A DNA stretch of 64,000 nucleotides from Candidatus Aminicenantes bacterium (GCA_963805045.1 CAWDTC010000025.1:42372-106371), one strand, 5' to 3'. Shown: positions 31,599 through 45,599, counted from the first letter of the stretch. Numbers and translations are program-made. The notes: a model not told the origin generated them from the sequence alone.

Positions 31599-32776
31599 CT
31601 ACCGCAGGAGAACGAGCAGGGCGTCGCTTACAGGCCGCTCGCCCGAGGCGTCGGAGGGCGAGTTCACGACCCGGCCCTTGACGACCATCGTCGTCGACCC
31701 GCCGCCGTCGAGGTTGACGGCTTCAACACAACCGAACTCGATCATCAGGGCCTCGAGCTCCGAGATCGTCATCCCGACGCTGATCAGAGGTTGGCGTCCG
31801 TCGACAGTCACCAGGACCAGAGTCCCGTCCAATCGGATGCCGGCGGCCGTCCGCGGGTGCCGTTTCATGGAGAACCCCTGGTCATAGGCCCCGGCGTCGG
31901 CGGCCGCCGCGGGCTTCCCGTCACGGACGAGGACCGGCCCACCCCCGATGATGAAGTCCGGCGTGAAGTTCGGCTCAGGGCTCGTGACGGCCGCGGTCTT
32001 GAGCGCGGCCCTTCGTCCGGCCCGGATATGCTCGCGCACCCATTGACCTGCCGCGCCCGAGGCCGAGAGCACGTACCCGCCCTCCGGGATCGCCGCGCTG
32101 CCCTCTCCCTCGCGGACCGCCGTGACCATGCCGTCGACGACGACGGCCTCGACCCCGCCCGGCCCGGTGAGCGTCGTCCGGTGGAACTCGGGGGTGAAGA
32201 GGATGAGCTCATCCGCCTCGCGGGGACGGTTGACGCCGTCGACCGTTCTCGTCGCTCCGTCGTCGGTCGTGACCTCCGCCCGGAAGTCTACGCCAACGAC
32301 GGCCGCCCGAACCGCACCGCTGGCGTTCACGATGGCCAGCCCGGGGCGCTTCCGCGACGGCTCGCTGAGCACCCGGCCCGAAACCTCGAGCAGCCCGGCC
32401 GGCTCCCCCCGATAGATCCCGGCCGTGCGGAAATAGCCGCCGTTCACCGCCGCCAGGGCTCCATGCCGAGCCGCGATCGAGCTCACCGGCTCGGTGCCGA
32501 CGCCTTCGTCCATGGCCCGGCCGAGTTCCAGCCTGACCCGCGACGGGTCGAGGACGAGGGCGTGGACCGTCCAACGGTCCGCCCCAAGCTTGTCCGAGAA
32601 GTCGCCGCGCTTGAGGGCGATATGTTCGACGCCCGGGCGCACGGTCTCGACGGTCCGCATCTCCGGCGGTTTTTCGGCGGGCTGCGGGGCTTGGGCCGAA
32701 CGAGCAAGCAGGGAGCGCGAAGACCGAGGAGGGGCGGAGCGAAAAAGAGAGCGAATCGCGGGCGCGAGCGTTTCAT
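31599..32776 (-). CDS. Secreted phosphodiester glycosidase family protein (NAGPA/DUF2233-like), one frame break near the N-terminus
   Basis: RBS GAGGGGGA then ATG at 32776 and a signal peptide (MKRSRPRFALFFAPPLLGLRAPCLL). Body in ORF 31599-32660 with a ...EAVNLDGGGSTTMVV motif. Confidence 0.7.
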
Positions 32777-32882
32777 CTCATCCCCCTCGAAGCCCTCCGC
32801 TCGGCGGCGCCGCCCATGCCTCACCTCCGGCCGGGCGCCTTCGGCGCGCCCCTCGACCGATGGGCCGCTGTCGCTCCCGGCC

Positions 32883-34706
<1,824 letters not shown>

Positions 34707-34880
34707 CCCCTTATTCACGGATCCATCCGGCGTCTCGCTCCAGGCGCGATGATCGTTAGGGAACTATATTTAATTGAGCCTAAAAAGTAAATCCCCGATT
34801 CTGAAAGAACTCGGGCTTTCCCCGGGAGGCACGTGATGCAGGATTGCCTAGGCTCGGCGGATGATGCTAGGCGGCTGCAG

Positions 34881-37633
34881 TCAGTCGTCCTCGGCATCGT
34901 CCGCGAGCGTCACGGCCCAGGCCGGGTAGGGGACCGCCGGGCCTCTTGACGGCGCGCCAGAGGATGCGGTTGAGGGCGTCCTCGGGGCAGGCGTCGGCCC
35001 TGCGGAGGTCGAAGCGCGCGGAACGGATCGCGTCCCGGCGGAGCGCGGCGTCGGCGATCGTTTTCGCCGGCGGGTTCATCGTGTCGAGGGGGACGTTGTT
35101 GGCCACGGCCTCGAACGGCCGGAAGTCCGGGCGTGTCGGTGAAGCAGTCGAACATGGGCGTCGCCGCGGCGTCGAACTGGTTCATCGGCGGCAGGCCGAG
35201 GATCTGCTCGATCGTCCGGAGCAGGCTCGTCGTGTTGTACTGCGTGCCGACGACCGCGCCGCGCTTCGTGTAGGGGCTGACGCAGTAGGCCGTCGTCCGG
35301 TAGCCGCTGACGTGGTCCCAGCCGTTCTGCGGGTCGTCCTCGATGCCGAAGATGACCGTCTCCTTCCAGAACCGGCTGTGGCTGAGGGCCTCGACGATCC
35401 GGCCGAAGGCGAGGTCGTTGTCGGCGGCCAAGGCCGCCGGCGTCGGCATGCCCTCGCTTCGTCCCGCTGGTGTGGTCGTCGGGCAGGCAGATGAGGACGA
35501 GCTGGGGCATGCGGCCCGTCGCGCTCCCAGGCCGCGAGCTGCTTCGACGATGTAGCCGCGCCCGCCAGACGTCCGGGACGTCCAGGTTCCAGCCGAGCGT
35601 GTCCGTGGGCGAGAACGGGCGCGATCGTCTCGATCGCCGGGGACGCTGCCGATGACGACCTCGCCCCGGCCGTGGAGGTATTCGTCCCAGTAGTCTTGCC
35701 ACGACGGGTCGCCCTTCCGGCGTCGGGTCCTTCCAGCCGCAGTCGTGCATGGTGAACTCGCCGAAGTTCCACATGGAGACGCCGTGCCGGAGGGCGTTGT
35801 CCCAGATGAAGCCGCTCGGGGCGTAGGCCAGGGCGTCGACTTCGTCCGGGCCCATGCCGTCGGGATAGCTCCGCGGCCAGCCGGCGAACGATTTCTCGAG
35901 GTAATCCGTGCCGAAGGCCGTCGTGGACCACTGGTGGCCGTCGGCGCTGAGGATGCCGCTGCAGTAGGTGTTGTCGAGGAGGGCGAACTCCCGGACCATC
36001 TTGTGCTGGTTGGGCGTCACGCGCTCGCCGAAGAGGACGAGCGACGGGTCGCCGTTGCCTGCCGCGACGTCGCCCAGGACCTGGTCGTAGGTCCGGTTCT
36101 CCTTGATGACGTAGACGACGTGCTTGAAGACGCTGGGCTCGCCGATCCGCTCGGGGACGGGCCGCGGCGGCTGGCCGCGGCCGCGGCTGGCGCAGGCGCC
36201 GCGGCGATCCGGTCGCGGTGATAATTCTCGTAGACCGCGGCCGTCAGCCGCTTGAGGTCGCGCGGCTTCGGGGACGGGGATGAGGGACACGCGAGCCGTG
36301 GTACTGGTGGGAATTGAAGCCCGTGCCCGCCCGTCGACTTGTCGACGCTTCGGCTCGACCGGCGAGGCCCTTGATGTTGGCCACGACGAGCGCGTTCCGC
36401 CGCGCGTCGAAGACGACCGCGCCCGGGAACCAGCCGGCCGGGATGAGGCCCGAGGAACTTCGACGGCGCGCCGGCCGGCTTGAAGTCGATGACGGCGACG
36501 GCGTTCTGGGTGCCGTTGGCGACGTAGAGCGTCCGGCCGTCCGGGGCGAAGGCCAGGGCGTTCGGGCGAGGCGCCGAAGAGGTCGGCCGGGCTCGCCTTG
36601 ACCCAGATCGTCTCGACGACCGCGTCGGTCGCGGTGTCGATGACGCTCAGGTTGTCGCTCGGCGGCGTTGGCGCAGACGAGGTACCGGCCGTCGGGCGAG
36701 AGGGCCAGGGCCGAGGAGTGGAGGTGGACGACGATGTCCTCGGCCGCGGCGCCGCCGGTCGAGGTCGATGACGCTGACCGAGCCCTCGCAGGCGATGCGC
36801 GTCGCGGCGTCGACCCTGACCTCGGTGCCGCGGCCGGCCGGGCCGGTGAGGTCGCCCGGCCCGGGCCGGCGGCCGCCCCAGTTGCTGACGTAGGCCTTGC
36901 TTCCGACCAGGACGACGTCGTAGGGGGCGACGCCCGACGTCGAAGGTCCGGAAGACGACGCCCGTCTCGGCGTCGAGCTCGAGCAGGCGGTTGGAGAGGT
37001 TGCCGCAGACGTAGAGCCTGCGGCCGTCGGCTGAGAAGGCCAGCCCGGCCGGGATCTCCTCGTCCCGGCGCGGGCGCGTCGGCCGCGGGCAGCGGGAGCG
37101 AGCGCCGCGGGCTGACGCCGCCGTCGAGCGTCGACGTCGAAGACCTTGATGCTGCCGTTGACGTTGCTGAGGTAGAGGCGGCGGCCGTCGGGCGAGAAGA
37201 CGAGCCCGGTGTAGCTCAGCTGGCCCTTGGTGTCCGGCTCGAGGATGTTCGGCGAGGCGGCCTCGGGGGCGCCTTCCGCGGGGCCTTCGGCCGGCAGCCC
37301 GACCCTCTGGAGGACGACGCCCGCCGCCGGGTCGATGATGACGAGCTCGCTCGTCTTTCCGGAAACGGCCAGCAGGCGGCCGTCCGGGGAGAGGGCGAGG
37401 GCCTGGGGACGGAGCCCGGGCAGCGGCACTTCATGTCCGGCCGGCGTCACGACCTGGTTCACGGGCACGGCCGTCCGGCCCGGCCCGGCTGGCCCGACCG
37501 GCCCGGTGTCCGGCGCCTCGCGGCCGCCGCAGGCGGTCCATCCCGCGGCAAGGAGGAGGATGGCCAGGACGGCCGGCCCGAAGGAGCTCGCTCCGCCGCG
37601 CTCAGCGGGCCTTCGGCTGCATCCCACTCTCAT
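34881..37633 (-). CDS. Bifunctional lipoprotein: YncE-type beta-propeller fused to a phosphoesterase (PLC/AcpA) family domain; frameshifted
   Basis: N-terminal lipobox/propeller (LSPDGRLLAVS, YLSNVNGSIKVFD, AFSADGRRLYV...). C-terminal phosphoesterase motif YVIKENRTYDQVLGD in ORF 35076-36290 and ...FGIEDDPQNGWDHVSGYRT in 34910-35449. The listed start overlaps the upstream lipoprotein gene by 32 nt, so the real start may be internal. Confidence 0.65.
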
Positions 37634-38894
37634 CCACCTTCGGCAGGACCATCGTTCGGACCGTGGCCGCGATCTTCTCGAAGCGGACGTCGCGGACGTT
37701 CTTCATGGCGACCGTCCGGGCCTGGGCGTCGGTCTGGACGGCGAGGAACGATTCGAAGCCCGTGCCGATCCCCGACCGCGATTCGAGCGCCCAGAAGCCG
37801 TTGTCGGCCAGGGCCTTCTCGACGGCGGCGAACTCGTCGTCGCCGACCCGGAAGTCCTTGTCGACGACCTCGCCGGCCCGGGATCTCTTGTGGAAGGCCC
37901 CGGTCCGGTTCATCCGCAGCTCGATCATGACCTGCCATTCCTCCGCGCCGACAGGCCCGTAGCCGTAGCGGAGGAAGACCTGGTCGGTCCGGCGCTCGAG
38001 GTCCTTCTGGGCATCCGTCTTGCCGAGCTCCTGCGGGTCGGACTGGACGTCGGCCCCGACGAGAACGTCGGAGTCCACGTAGAAGAAGCGGTAGGTCCAG
38101 CCGAAGTCCCCGGTGCCCTCGAGGTCGCAGACGATGGCCTGGTGCCCGGCCACGGTCGCCGCCGCGCCGCCGTTCTTGGCGCAGTCCGACCAGTCGCCGA
38201 GGAAATCCGTGGTCAGGCCCGAGGCGATCCGGGTCTTCTGGTCTTCGGTCAGCCGGGCGTACTGGAACTCGACCTGCTCGACGACCCGGCCGCCCCGGAC
38301 CTTCCGGTAGACCGACGAGCCCAGGGCGCTGTCGGCGGTCGGCTCGGTCTCCTCGGCCAGGCGCCACTCGGGCGGCAGGGAGGCGGGGACGGGCTTGAGG
38401 ACTCCGTGCACGTCGACGACCGGGGCGCTCGCGGCCACGGTCATGGCCTCGGTCTTCGTCGGGTGCCAGCGGTCGTTTTGAGGCAGAAGGTCCCAGAAAT
38501 TGTCCGTCCAGAGGACGGACCCGCCCCCTTCGACGGCGAGCTTCCAGTCGGGACGGGCCAGGGGGACGATGAACGTGTCGCCGGGCTCGAGCCGGGAGGC
38601 GTCGCGGCCGTCGGCGGTGAACCTGAGGGTCGGGACGTCGAAGCTCGAGGTCGGCGTCAGGACGCGGAGGCCGGCCTTGGCCGCGTCCGGGAGGGTGACC
38701 CTCTCGACGCGGACGACGGCGTCATAGTAGCGGGAGGCCGGGTCCTGGCGGAGCTCGAGGACCGTGCAGGCGAGCTCGGGCTTTGCCTTGGCGTGCGAGC
38801 AGCCGGCGAGGCCGGCGAGCGCGACGGCGAGGGCCGCGCCCGCGAAAACGGGCAGGCTCTCTTTCCCGGGGCGCGGGGAACCGATGGTGCGCAT
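37602..38894 (-). CDS. Hypothetical lipoprotein (430 aa)
   Basis: RBS AAGGAGAAG then ATG at 38894; lipobox LAGC at residues 28-31; no recognisable domain. Confidence 0.55.
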   Translation of the reverse strand: MRTIGSPRPGKESLPVFAGAALAVALAGLAGCSHAKAKPELACTVLELRQDPASRYYDAVVRVERVTLPDAAKAGLRVLTPTSSFDVPTLRFTADGRDASRLEPGDTFIVPLARPDWKLAVEGGGSVLWTDNFWDLLPQNDRWHPTKTEAMTVAASAPVVDVHGVLKPVPASLPPEWRLAEETEPTADSALGSSVYRKVRGGRVVEQVEFQYARLTEDQKTRIASGLTTDFLGDWSDCAKNGGAAATVAGHQAIVCDLEGTGDFGWTYRFFYVDSDVLVGADVQSDPQELGKTDAQKDLERRTDQVFLRYGYGPVGAEEWQVMIELRMNRTGAFHKRSRAGEVVDKDFRVGDDEFAAVEKALADNGFWALESRSGIGTGFESFLAVQTDAQARTVAMKNVRDVRFEKIAATVRTMVLPKVDESGMQPKAR

Positions 38895-39085
38895 GGTCTT
38901 CTCCTTGACCCGATGGCCGTGGAGGCGGCTCCTAGGATTATCACAGCCCTTTCCCCGCGGTCAAACGCCGCGCGGCCGCGTCCGCGGGGGTCGCGGCGGG
39001 GCACGCCTCCCGGCGATCATCTATTGGACGCCGGGGGCGGGATTTTCTTCTGTCCCTCGGCCGGCCTTCATGAACATTCGCGCGC

Positions 39086-39114
39086 TTGATGAGCCTTCGC
39101 GCGGGTGATAAGAT
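39086..39114 (+). promoter_or_regulatory. Candidate sigma70 promoter TTGATG-17-TAAGAT for the small Cys-rich ORF
   Basis: Upstream of a 40-nt leader that contains the palindrome CGGGATCCCG and the RBS GGGAGGAG. Confidence 0.35.
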
Positions 39115-39153
39115 GGATTCTCGGGATCCCGTTCCGGGAAGGGAGGAGTCGAG

Positions 39154-39357
39154 ATGAGCGACGTGACATATCATTGCTCGGTCTGCCAGAGGGAGATCAC
39201 GGTCGAGAAGGGCGCGGCGGTTCCCGTCTGCTGCGGCCGGGAGATGGGCCCGCTGCCGTTCTGCACGACGGCCCCCCACCCCGAGATGGCCCGCAATTAC
39301 GACGAAGACGAGCCCTGCGACCCCGGGACGCTGCCCCGCAAGCCCAAGGCGAAGTAA
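39154..39357 (+). CDS. Small (67 aa) cysteine-rich, zinc-ribbon-like protein
   Basis: MSDVTYHCSVCQREITVEKGAAVPVCCGREM...: a CxxC plus CC pair with a strong RBS (GGGAGGAG, 6 nt before the ATG). It overlaps the 3' end of the convergent gene 39297-40302 by about 60 nt. Confidence 0.5.
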   Translation: MSDVTYHCSVCQREITVEKGAAVPVCCGREMGPLPFCTTAPHPEMARNYDEDEPCDPGTLPRKPKAK

Positions 39358-40302
39358 GACCCGCCGGTCTTCCCGAACGCCTCGCGGCAGCGCGCCGCCG
39401 CGGCCTCGGAGAGCGCCTCGCAGCTCGGGCGGTCGGGCGATTCGAGGACGACGACAAGGCAGGGCCCGACGGAACGGGACGCGGCGAACTCGCCGTTCTC
39501 GAGCCTCTCCGTCACGGCGCCTCCGCGCTCGTCGACCCTGCCCTTGAAAAAGACCCGGCTGAAGGCGAGCCAGGCGCGGCGGGCGTCGGCCGCCGAACGG
39601 TAGCGGCAGACGAGGAGCATGGACTCGCCCCGCGCCTCCCGGTAACGGCCGAGGGCGGCCTCGGTCCCGTCGTTCAGGCCGAGGGCGTTCTCGTCGACGA
39701 GATAGTACTGGCTGTCGAGGGACGACTGCCTGTGGAAGTAGCGGACGCTCCGGGGCACCAGGCGCTCCGGGGGCAGGACGCCGATGAGCGCCGGCCGGGC
39801 GCCGGCCGCCGGGATGGCGGCGGCGATGGCGCGTCCGAGGTCCGTGAGAAGCCCCCGCGTCCCGGCCGTCTCCCTCTCGGCCCGGAGCCTGACGAAGTAT
39901 TCGCCCTTCCAGAACCTGAGGAGACCGGCGCCCGAGCGCGCCTCGTTCCCGACCGAGGCCTCGTCTCCCCTGGGGTCGTCGGCGAAAACGCCGAAAGCGT
40001 CGGACGCGGTCGTCATGTCGTAGACCTCGGCGGCGACCGACGCGCCGGCCGCGCTCCTGTAGTCCCGGACGAGAAGGCGCCGGAAACCGTAAGCGAGGTA
40101 GAGGTCGACGCCCTTGCCGAGATAGCCGGCGGCCGTCTCGCGGGTGAAGACGCGGTCCGGGCCCGCGGCCTTGCACCCGGCCGCCTGGCCGGGAAGCGCC
40201 ACGGCGAGGTCGTCGGCGGCGCGGGCGGGGACGCTCCGGGGAGCGGCCGAGAGCAGAGGGAAGGCGATGATGCATAGGAGGCAGCGGGCGACGGTTCTCA
40301 TG
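39297..40302 (-). CDS. Hypothetical secreted protein (about 335 aa)
   Basis: ATG at 40302 then MRTVARCLLCIIAFPLLSAAPRSVPARAADD (signal peptide). It is internal to the long antisense ORF 39297-41150, whose upstream part is a spurious antisense reading of pitA. Confidence 0.5.
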
Positions 40303-40357
40303 ACGCCCCGAATGTAACGGAAAGAGCGGCGGGAGTCAATCGCCCCGGCGGCGACCG

Positions 40358-41367
<1,010 letters not shown>

Positions 41368-41372
41368 GCGGC

Positions 41373-41999
41373 TCAGCTGGTCTTGACGATGATGCCCTCG
41401 ATGATGTTGGCCACGTCCTCGCAGCGGTCGGCGGCGATCTCCAGCCGGCCGTAGATCTCCTTGAGCTTGATGAGGTCCTTGAGCTGCTCGACCTTCTCCG
41501 TCTTCTCGAAGAGGTCGGCGATGGCCTCCCGGCAGACGACGTCGGCCTCGTACTCGAGGATGTTGATCTGCTTGCAGAAGGCGTCGACGCGGCCCAGGGA
41601 CTCGAAGTTCTCGATGGCCTCGGAGATCTGGTGGACGGCCTGGCTGATGATGTCGACGAGCTTCTTCATCTCGGGCGTCGGCCGCGGGACCTTGAAGTAG
41701 TTCATCCGGCTGGCCACCCCCTCGACGCAGTCCAGGACGTCGTCGAGGCCGCTGGCCAGGCCGTGGATGTCCTCGCGGTCGATGGGGGTGATGAAGGTCT
41801 CCCGGAGCTTGACGAAGATGTCGTGGGTGATCATGTCCCCCTGGTGCTCGATGTCCTTGATGTGCTGGTATTTCCTCTCGACGTCCTCGTAGTTCTCGAC
41901 GAGCTCCTGGAGGGCCTGGACGCCGAGCTTGAGGTTGGCCGCGTCCTGGCGGAAGAGGGCGAAGAACTTCTGGTCGCGCGGGAAGAAGTGGAATTTCAT
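41373..41999 (-). CDS. DUF47 (PhoU-like) phosphate-transport accessory protein
   Basis: Intact 208-aa ORF; typical of the TIGR00153/DUF47 partner found next to pit genes. Confidence 0.85.
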   Translation of the reverse strand: MKFHFFPRDQKFFALFRQDAANLKLGVQALQELVENYEDVERKYQHIKDIEHQGDMITHDIFVKLRETFITPIDREDIHGLASGLDDVLDCVEGVASRMNYFKVPRPTPEMKKLVDIISQAVHQISEAIENFESLGRVDAFCKQINILEYEADVVCREAIADLFEKTEKVEQLKDLIKLKEIYGRLEIAADRCEDVANIIEGIIVKTS

Positions 42000-42083
42000 G
42001 GGCGGGTCCTTCGCGCTGGAATATAGCCGACGGCTGCGGACTTGTCAAATGGCGGCGCCGGGACCGGTCCGGGCCCGGACCGC

Positions 42084-43361
42084 TCAGAGCTTGAGGATGA
42101 CCTTGGCCCGCGTCAGCAGGGTCGTAAGAAGGAGGACGAGCGCCGTCATGGCCGCGGCGTTGAGCATGCCGGGGAGCCCTCCCTTGTCCGCGAAGGGCCA
42201 GAAGACCCGCCAGAGATTGAAGGGGAGGAGGGCGCCGAGGAGGACGAGGACGTTGCCGATCTGTTCCGGCAGGAGGTAGGCGGCGAGCGGGTTCCGGCCG
42301 GCCGGGACGAGGAACGAGGCGGCCCGCCGGAGTCCGGCGACGTCGAGGACGAGGTAGAAGAGGAGGAACGCCAGGCAGCATATCCCGGCGGTGGCCAGCG
42401 TCCAGGACTCGGTCCCGGCGATCTTGCTGAAACCGTGGAGCGGCCGGAGGAGATAGCCCGAGATGGTCAGGAGAAGGCCGAGCACGGCCAGGAACCGGAC
42501 GCGGTCGCGCGGACGCGACACGTCCGAGCCGGGGAGGAAGATCGTCCCCGCGAGCATCCCGGCCGTGACGATGGCCGTGTGGGAGCCGAAGATGCTTCCG
42601 ACGCCGTGGCCCAGGAACGTGTTGACCGGGCCGAGGAAGTCGAGGGCGCCGTGGCGACCGCCGATGTAGAGGGCCGTCATGACGCCGATCGCGCCGGCCA
42701 GGACCGTCCGGTTCCCCTTCGAGAAGAGGAAGACGAGGGAGCCCGCGAGGTAGGTCCAGCCGATCATGCCCAGGATGCCCCACCAGGAATGCTGGAGCCA
42801 GGTCACCGCGCCGTCCTCGCCCTTGCCGCGGAAAACGGCGACGAGGACGATGAGCGCCACGGCCGCGGCGATCTTGAGGACGAGGCGGCGGCGCCTCGAG
42901 CGCGGGCCGGCCGTCTTCGGCACGGCGGCCCAAAGGACGAACACCGCCGCGAGGACGAGGAAGCTCCAGAGGGCGTGCCCGAGGCCCGTGTCGGCGGCGG
43001 AGAAGCGCTCGCCGTTGACCTCGATGACGCCGAGAAAGAGCAGGGCCAAGGTCCGAAGGAGGATGTGGCCGAGGAGGCGGGGGAGAGGCTCGCCGGCCTC
43101 GCGCCGCTTGGTCAGGGCCAGCGGGATGGCCACGCCGACCATGAACAGGAAGCCCGGAAAGACCGTGTCCGTCAGCGTGAACGTGTCCATGGTCGCGGGC
43201 GCGTGCCGGAGGATGAAGGGGATGCCGGACATGGCCGCGATGTAATTGACGAAGACCATGGTCAGGATGTCGAAGCCGCGGAAGGCGTCGAGCGCGGCCA
43301 AGCGCTCGCGGGCCGGCGGGTCCTTCGGCGGGGGAGAGGCCGGGACGGGCATTTCTTTCAT
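42084..43361 (-). CDS. Polytopic membrane acyltransferase-like protein (DUF5009/DUF1624, HGSNAT-like)
   Basis: Intact 425-aa ORF; LAALDAFRGFDILTMVFVNY motif and about 11 TM segments. Confidence 0.75.
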   Translation of the reverse strand: MKEMPVPASPPPKDPPARERLAALDAFRGFDILTMVFVNYIAAMSGIPFILRHAPATMDTFTLTDTVFPGFLFMVGVAIPLALTKRREAGEPLPRLLGHILLRTLALLFLGVIEVNGERFSAADTGLGHALWSFLVLAAVFVLWAAVPKTAGPRSRRRRLVLKIAAAVALIVLVAVFRGKGEDGAVTWLQHSWWGILGMIGWTYLAGSLVFLFSKGNRTVLAGAIGVMTALYIGGRHGALDFLGPVNTFLGHGVGSIFGSHTAIVTAGMLAGTIFLPGSDVSRPRDRVRFLAVLGLLLTISGYLLRPLHGFSKIAGTESWTLATAGICCLAFLLFYLVLDVAGLRRAASFLVPAGRNPLAAYLLPEQIGNVLVLLGALLPFNLWRVFWPFADKGGLPGMLNAAAMTALVLLLTTLLTRAKVILKL

Positions 43362-43370
43362 CGTTCGCTC

Positions 43371-44234
43371 CTAGAGGGTCGCGAGGACGCCGCGGACATA
43401 ACCGACCGATTCGGCCAGCCCCGCGAGAGGGTCCTTGCCGTCCTTCTCGTACTCGAAGGACGCCGTGCCCCGGTAGCCGAGCTTGAGCAGGGTGCGGAGG
43501 AAGCGGGGGAGGTCGAGGACCCCGCGGCCGGCCTCGACCGGGCCGCCGTCCGCCGAGGCCGCGGTCACGTCCTTGAGGTGCACGTCGAGGAGGCGCGCCC
43601 CGCAGGCCTCGGCCGCCTCGGACGGCTCGACTCCCGCCCGCAGGGAATGGCCGATGTCGAGGCAGAGGCCGACGCGCGCGTCCAGCCCCCCGATCCGTTC
43701 GAGGACCGAGGCCGGCGTCGGGTAGAGCGGGTCGCCCGGACCGTGGTTGTGGACGGCGAGCTTGAGGCCGGTCTCGCGGACCTTTTTCTCGACGAGGGGG
43801 AGCAGCCCATGGTCGGGCACGCCGATGATGACCTCCATCCCGCCGGCCTGGGCGTAGGCGAAGGCCCGCTCGACCTCGGCCGGCGTCTTCATGTAGACGA
43901 CGCCGCAGCCGTAGGGAACGACCCCGGCCCCGCGGACCTTCGCTACGGCGGCGGCGATCTCCGCGTCGCTGGCCGTGAGCGGGAGGTGGACGTCCTTGAG
44001 CGAGATCCGGGCGAGTCCGACCCGCCGGGCCATGGACAGTGTCTCGTCGAGGCCGAATTCGCGGCACGTGTACGAGGCTAGGCCGAGCGCGAACGGCACG
44101 CGCCGCGCCGGCCCCGCCGTGCGCGCGTCGCCCTCGCGGCCGAAGAGCCGGCCCGCGGCCGGAGTCGCGGCCAGGGCGGCCGCTCCGGCGAGAGCGCCCT
44201 TGAAGAAGTTCCGTCTCGAAGAGCGGTTGTCCAT
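43371..44234 (-). CDS. Tat-signal sugar phosphate isomerase/epimerase (xylose-isomerase-like TIM barrel)
   Basis: Intact ORF; N-terminal SRRNFFKGALAGAAALAA twin-arginine signal; TIM-barrel motifs. Confidence 0.85.
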   Translation of the reverse strand: MDNRSSRRNFFKGALAGAAALAATPAAGRLFGREGDARTAGPARRVPFALGLASYTCREFGLDETLSMARRVGLARISLKDVHLPLTASDAEIAAAVAKVRGAGVVPYGCGVVYMKTPAEVERAFAYAQAGGMEVIIGVPDHGLLPLVEKKVRETGLKLAVHNHGPGDPLYPTPASVLERIGGLDARVGLCLDIGHSLRAGVEPSEAAEACGARLLDVHLKDVTAASADGGPVEAGRGVLDLPRFLRTLLKLGYRGTASFEYEKDGKDPLAGLAESVGYVRGVLATL

Positions 44235-44249
44235 CGTCGTCTCTCTCCT

Positions 44250-45599
44250 CTAGGCCCGGGGCAGCTCCCACGGGCTCCGGTAGGCGCGGCCGACGAGGCG
44301 CTGGGCTTCGGCGTCGCCCGGGATCTCTTCCTTCTCCGCGTCCCAGGCGATACGGCGTCCGAGCCGGTATGAGATATTGGCCAGGTGGCTTGGGATGATG
44401 GAGAGATGGCCCGTCTCGACGTCGGCGGCCGGCTTCTCCCTCGATTTGACGCACGCGACGAAGTTCCGGACGTGGGCGAAATGGAAGTCCTCGGACGAGG
44501 CGCGTCGCGGCCTCCCCGTCATGCGGAAGACCCGGCCGGGCTGGGCGAAAGCGTCCGTCTCCGGGACGACCTCGTAGCCGCCGCGGTCGACGACGAGGAC
44601 GCCGTTCTGGCCGTGGAACTCGACGCCGTGCTCGCGCTGCCAGGGGCCGAGGCCGCAGCCGATCATGTGCTCCCAGAGGAGGGAATGGTCCTTGAACTCG
44701 ACCAGGGCCTTGGCCGTGTCCGGCGTTTCGTTGATATCGTCCGGATAGGCGAGTTTGCCGCCGGCGGCCGACGCCCCGAGCGGGGCCCCGCCCAGGGCCC
44801 AGAGGGCGACATCGATCATGTGCGCCCCCCAGTCGACTTGGAGACCGCCCGAGTAGTCCCAGAACCAGCGGAAATTGTGGTGGAAACGCATCGGGTTGAA
44901 CGGGCGGGCCGCCGCCGGCCCGAGCCAGAAGTCGTAGTCGACGTAGTCCGGCGCCTTGCGGTCGGCCGGTCTCCCGATCGAGCCCTTCCAGTCGAGGCAG
45001 GCCCATGCCCGGACGAAGCGAAGCCGGCCGAGCTCCCCCGAGCGGACGATGTCGACGGCCTCCCGGAAGTGCTCGGCGCTCCGCTGCTGGGTGCCGACCT
45101 GGACGACGCGGCCGTAGCGGCGCGCGGCCCGGACCATGGCCCGGCCCTCGGCGATCGAGGTCGCCAGCGGCTTCTCGACATAGACGTCCTTGCCCGCCTG
45201 GCAGGCCAGGACCGTGGCCAGGGCGTGCCAGTGGTCCGGGGTCGCCACGACGACGGCCTGGACGTCCTTGCGGTCGAGGATGCGCCGGAAATCGCGAAAC
45301 GTGTCGGGCTTGCGGCCGCGATCGTCGGCGACACTCTGGGCCGTTTCGTTGAGCCGGTGGTCGTCGACGTCGGCCAGGGCCGCACACTCGACCTCCGGCA
45401 GGCGGAGCAGGGCGCCGAGGTCGCCCCGGCCCTGGTCCCCGCAGCCGATGAGGGCGACCGTGACCCGGTCGCTGGCGCCGACCTTGGGCGCGGCCTCCTG
45501 GCCCGCGGCTGCCGGCGTCGCGGCCGCGGCCGCCAGGACCGCGGCGCCCGCCGCCTTGGCCGTGCCTCCCACGAACTCCCGTCGGCTGATCGTCTTCAT
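44250..45599 (-). CDS. Tat-signal Gfo/Idh/MocA family NAD(P)-dependent oxidoreductase
   Basis: Intact ORF; SRREFVGGTAKAAGAAVLAAAA Tat signal; Rossmann GxGxxG (IGCGDQG); EKP motif. Confidence 0.85.
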   Translation of the reverse strand: MKTISRREFVGGTAKAAGAAVLAAAAATPAAAGQEAAPKVGASDRVTVALIGCGDQGRGDLGALLRLPEVECAALADVDDHRLNETAQSVADDRGRKPDTFRDFRRILDRKDVQAVVVATPDHWHALATVLACQAGKDVYVEKPLATSIAEGRAMVRAARRYGRVVQVGTQQRSAEHFREAVDIVRSGELGRLRFVRAWACLDWKGSIGRPADRKAPDYVDYDFWLGPAAARPFNPMRFHHNFRWFWDYSGGLQVDWGAHMIDVALWALGGAPLGASAAGGKLAYPDDINETPDTAKALVEFKDHSLLWEHMIGCGLGPWQREHGVEFHGQNGVLVVDRGGYEVVPETDAFAQPGRVFRMTGRPRRASSEDFHFAHVRNFVACVKSREKPAADVETGHLSIIPSHLANISYRLGRRIAWDAEKEEIPGDAEAQRLVGRAYRSPWELPRA

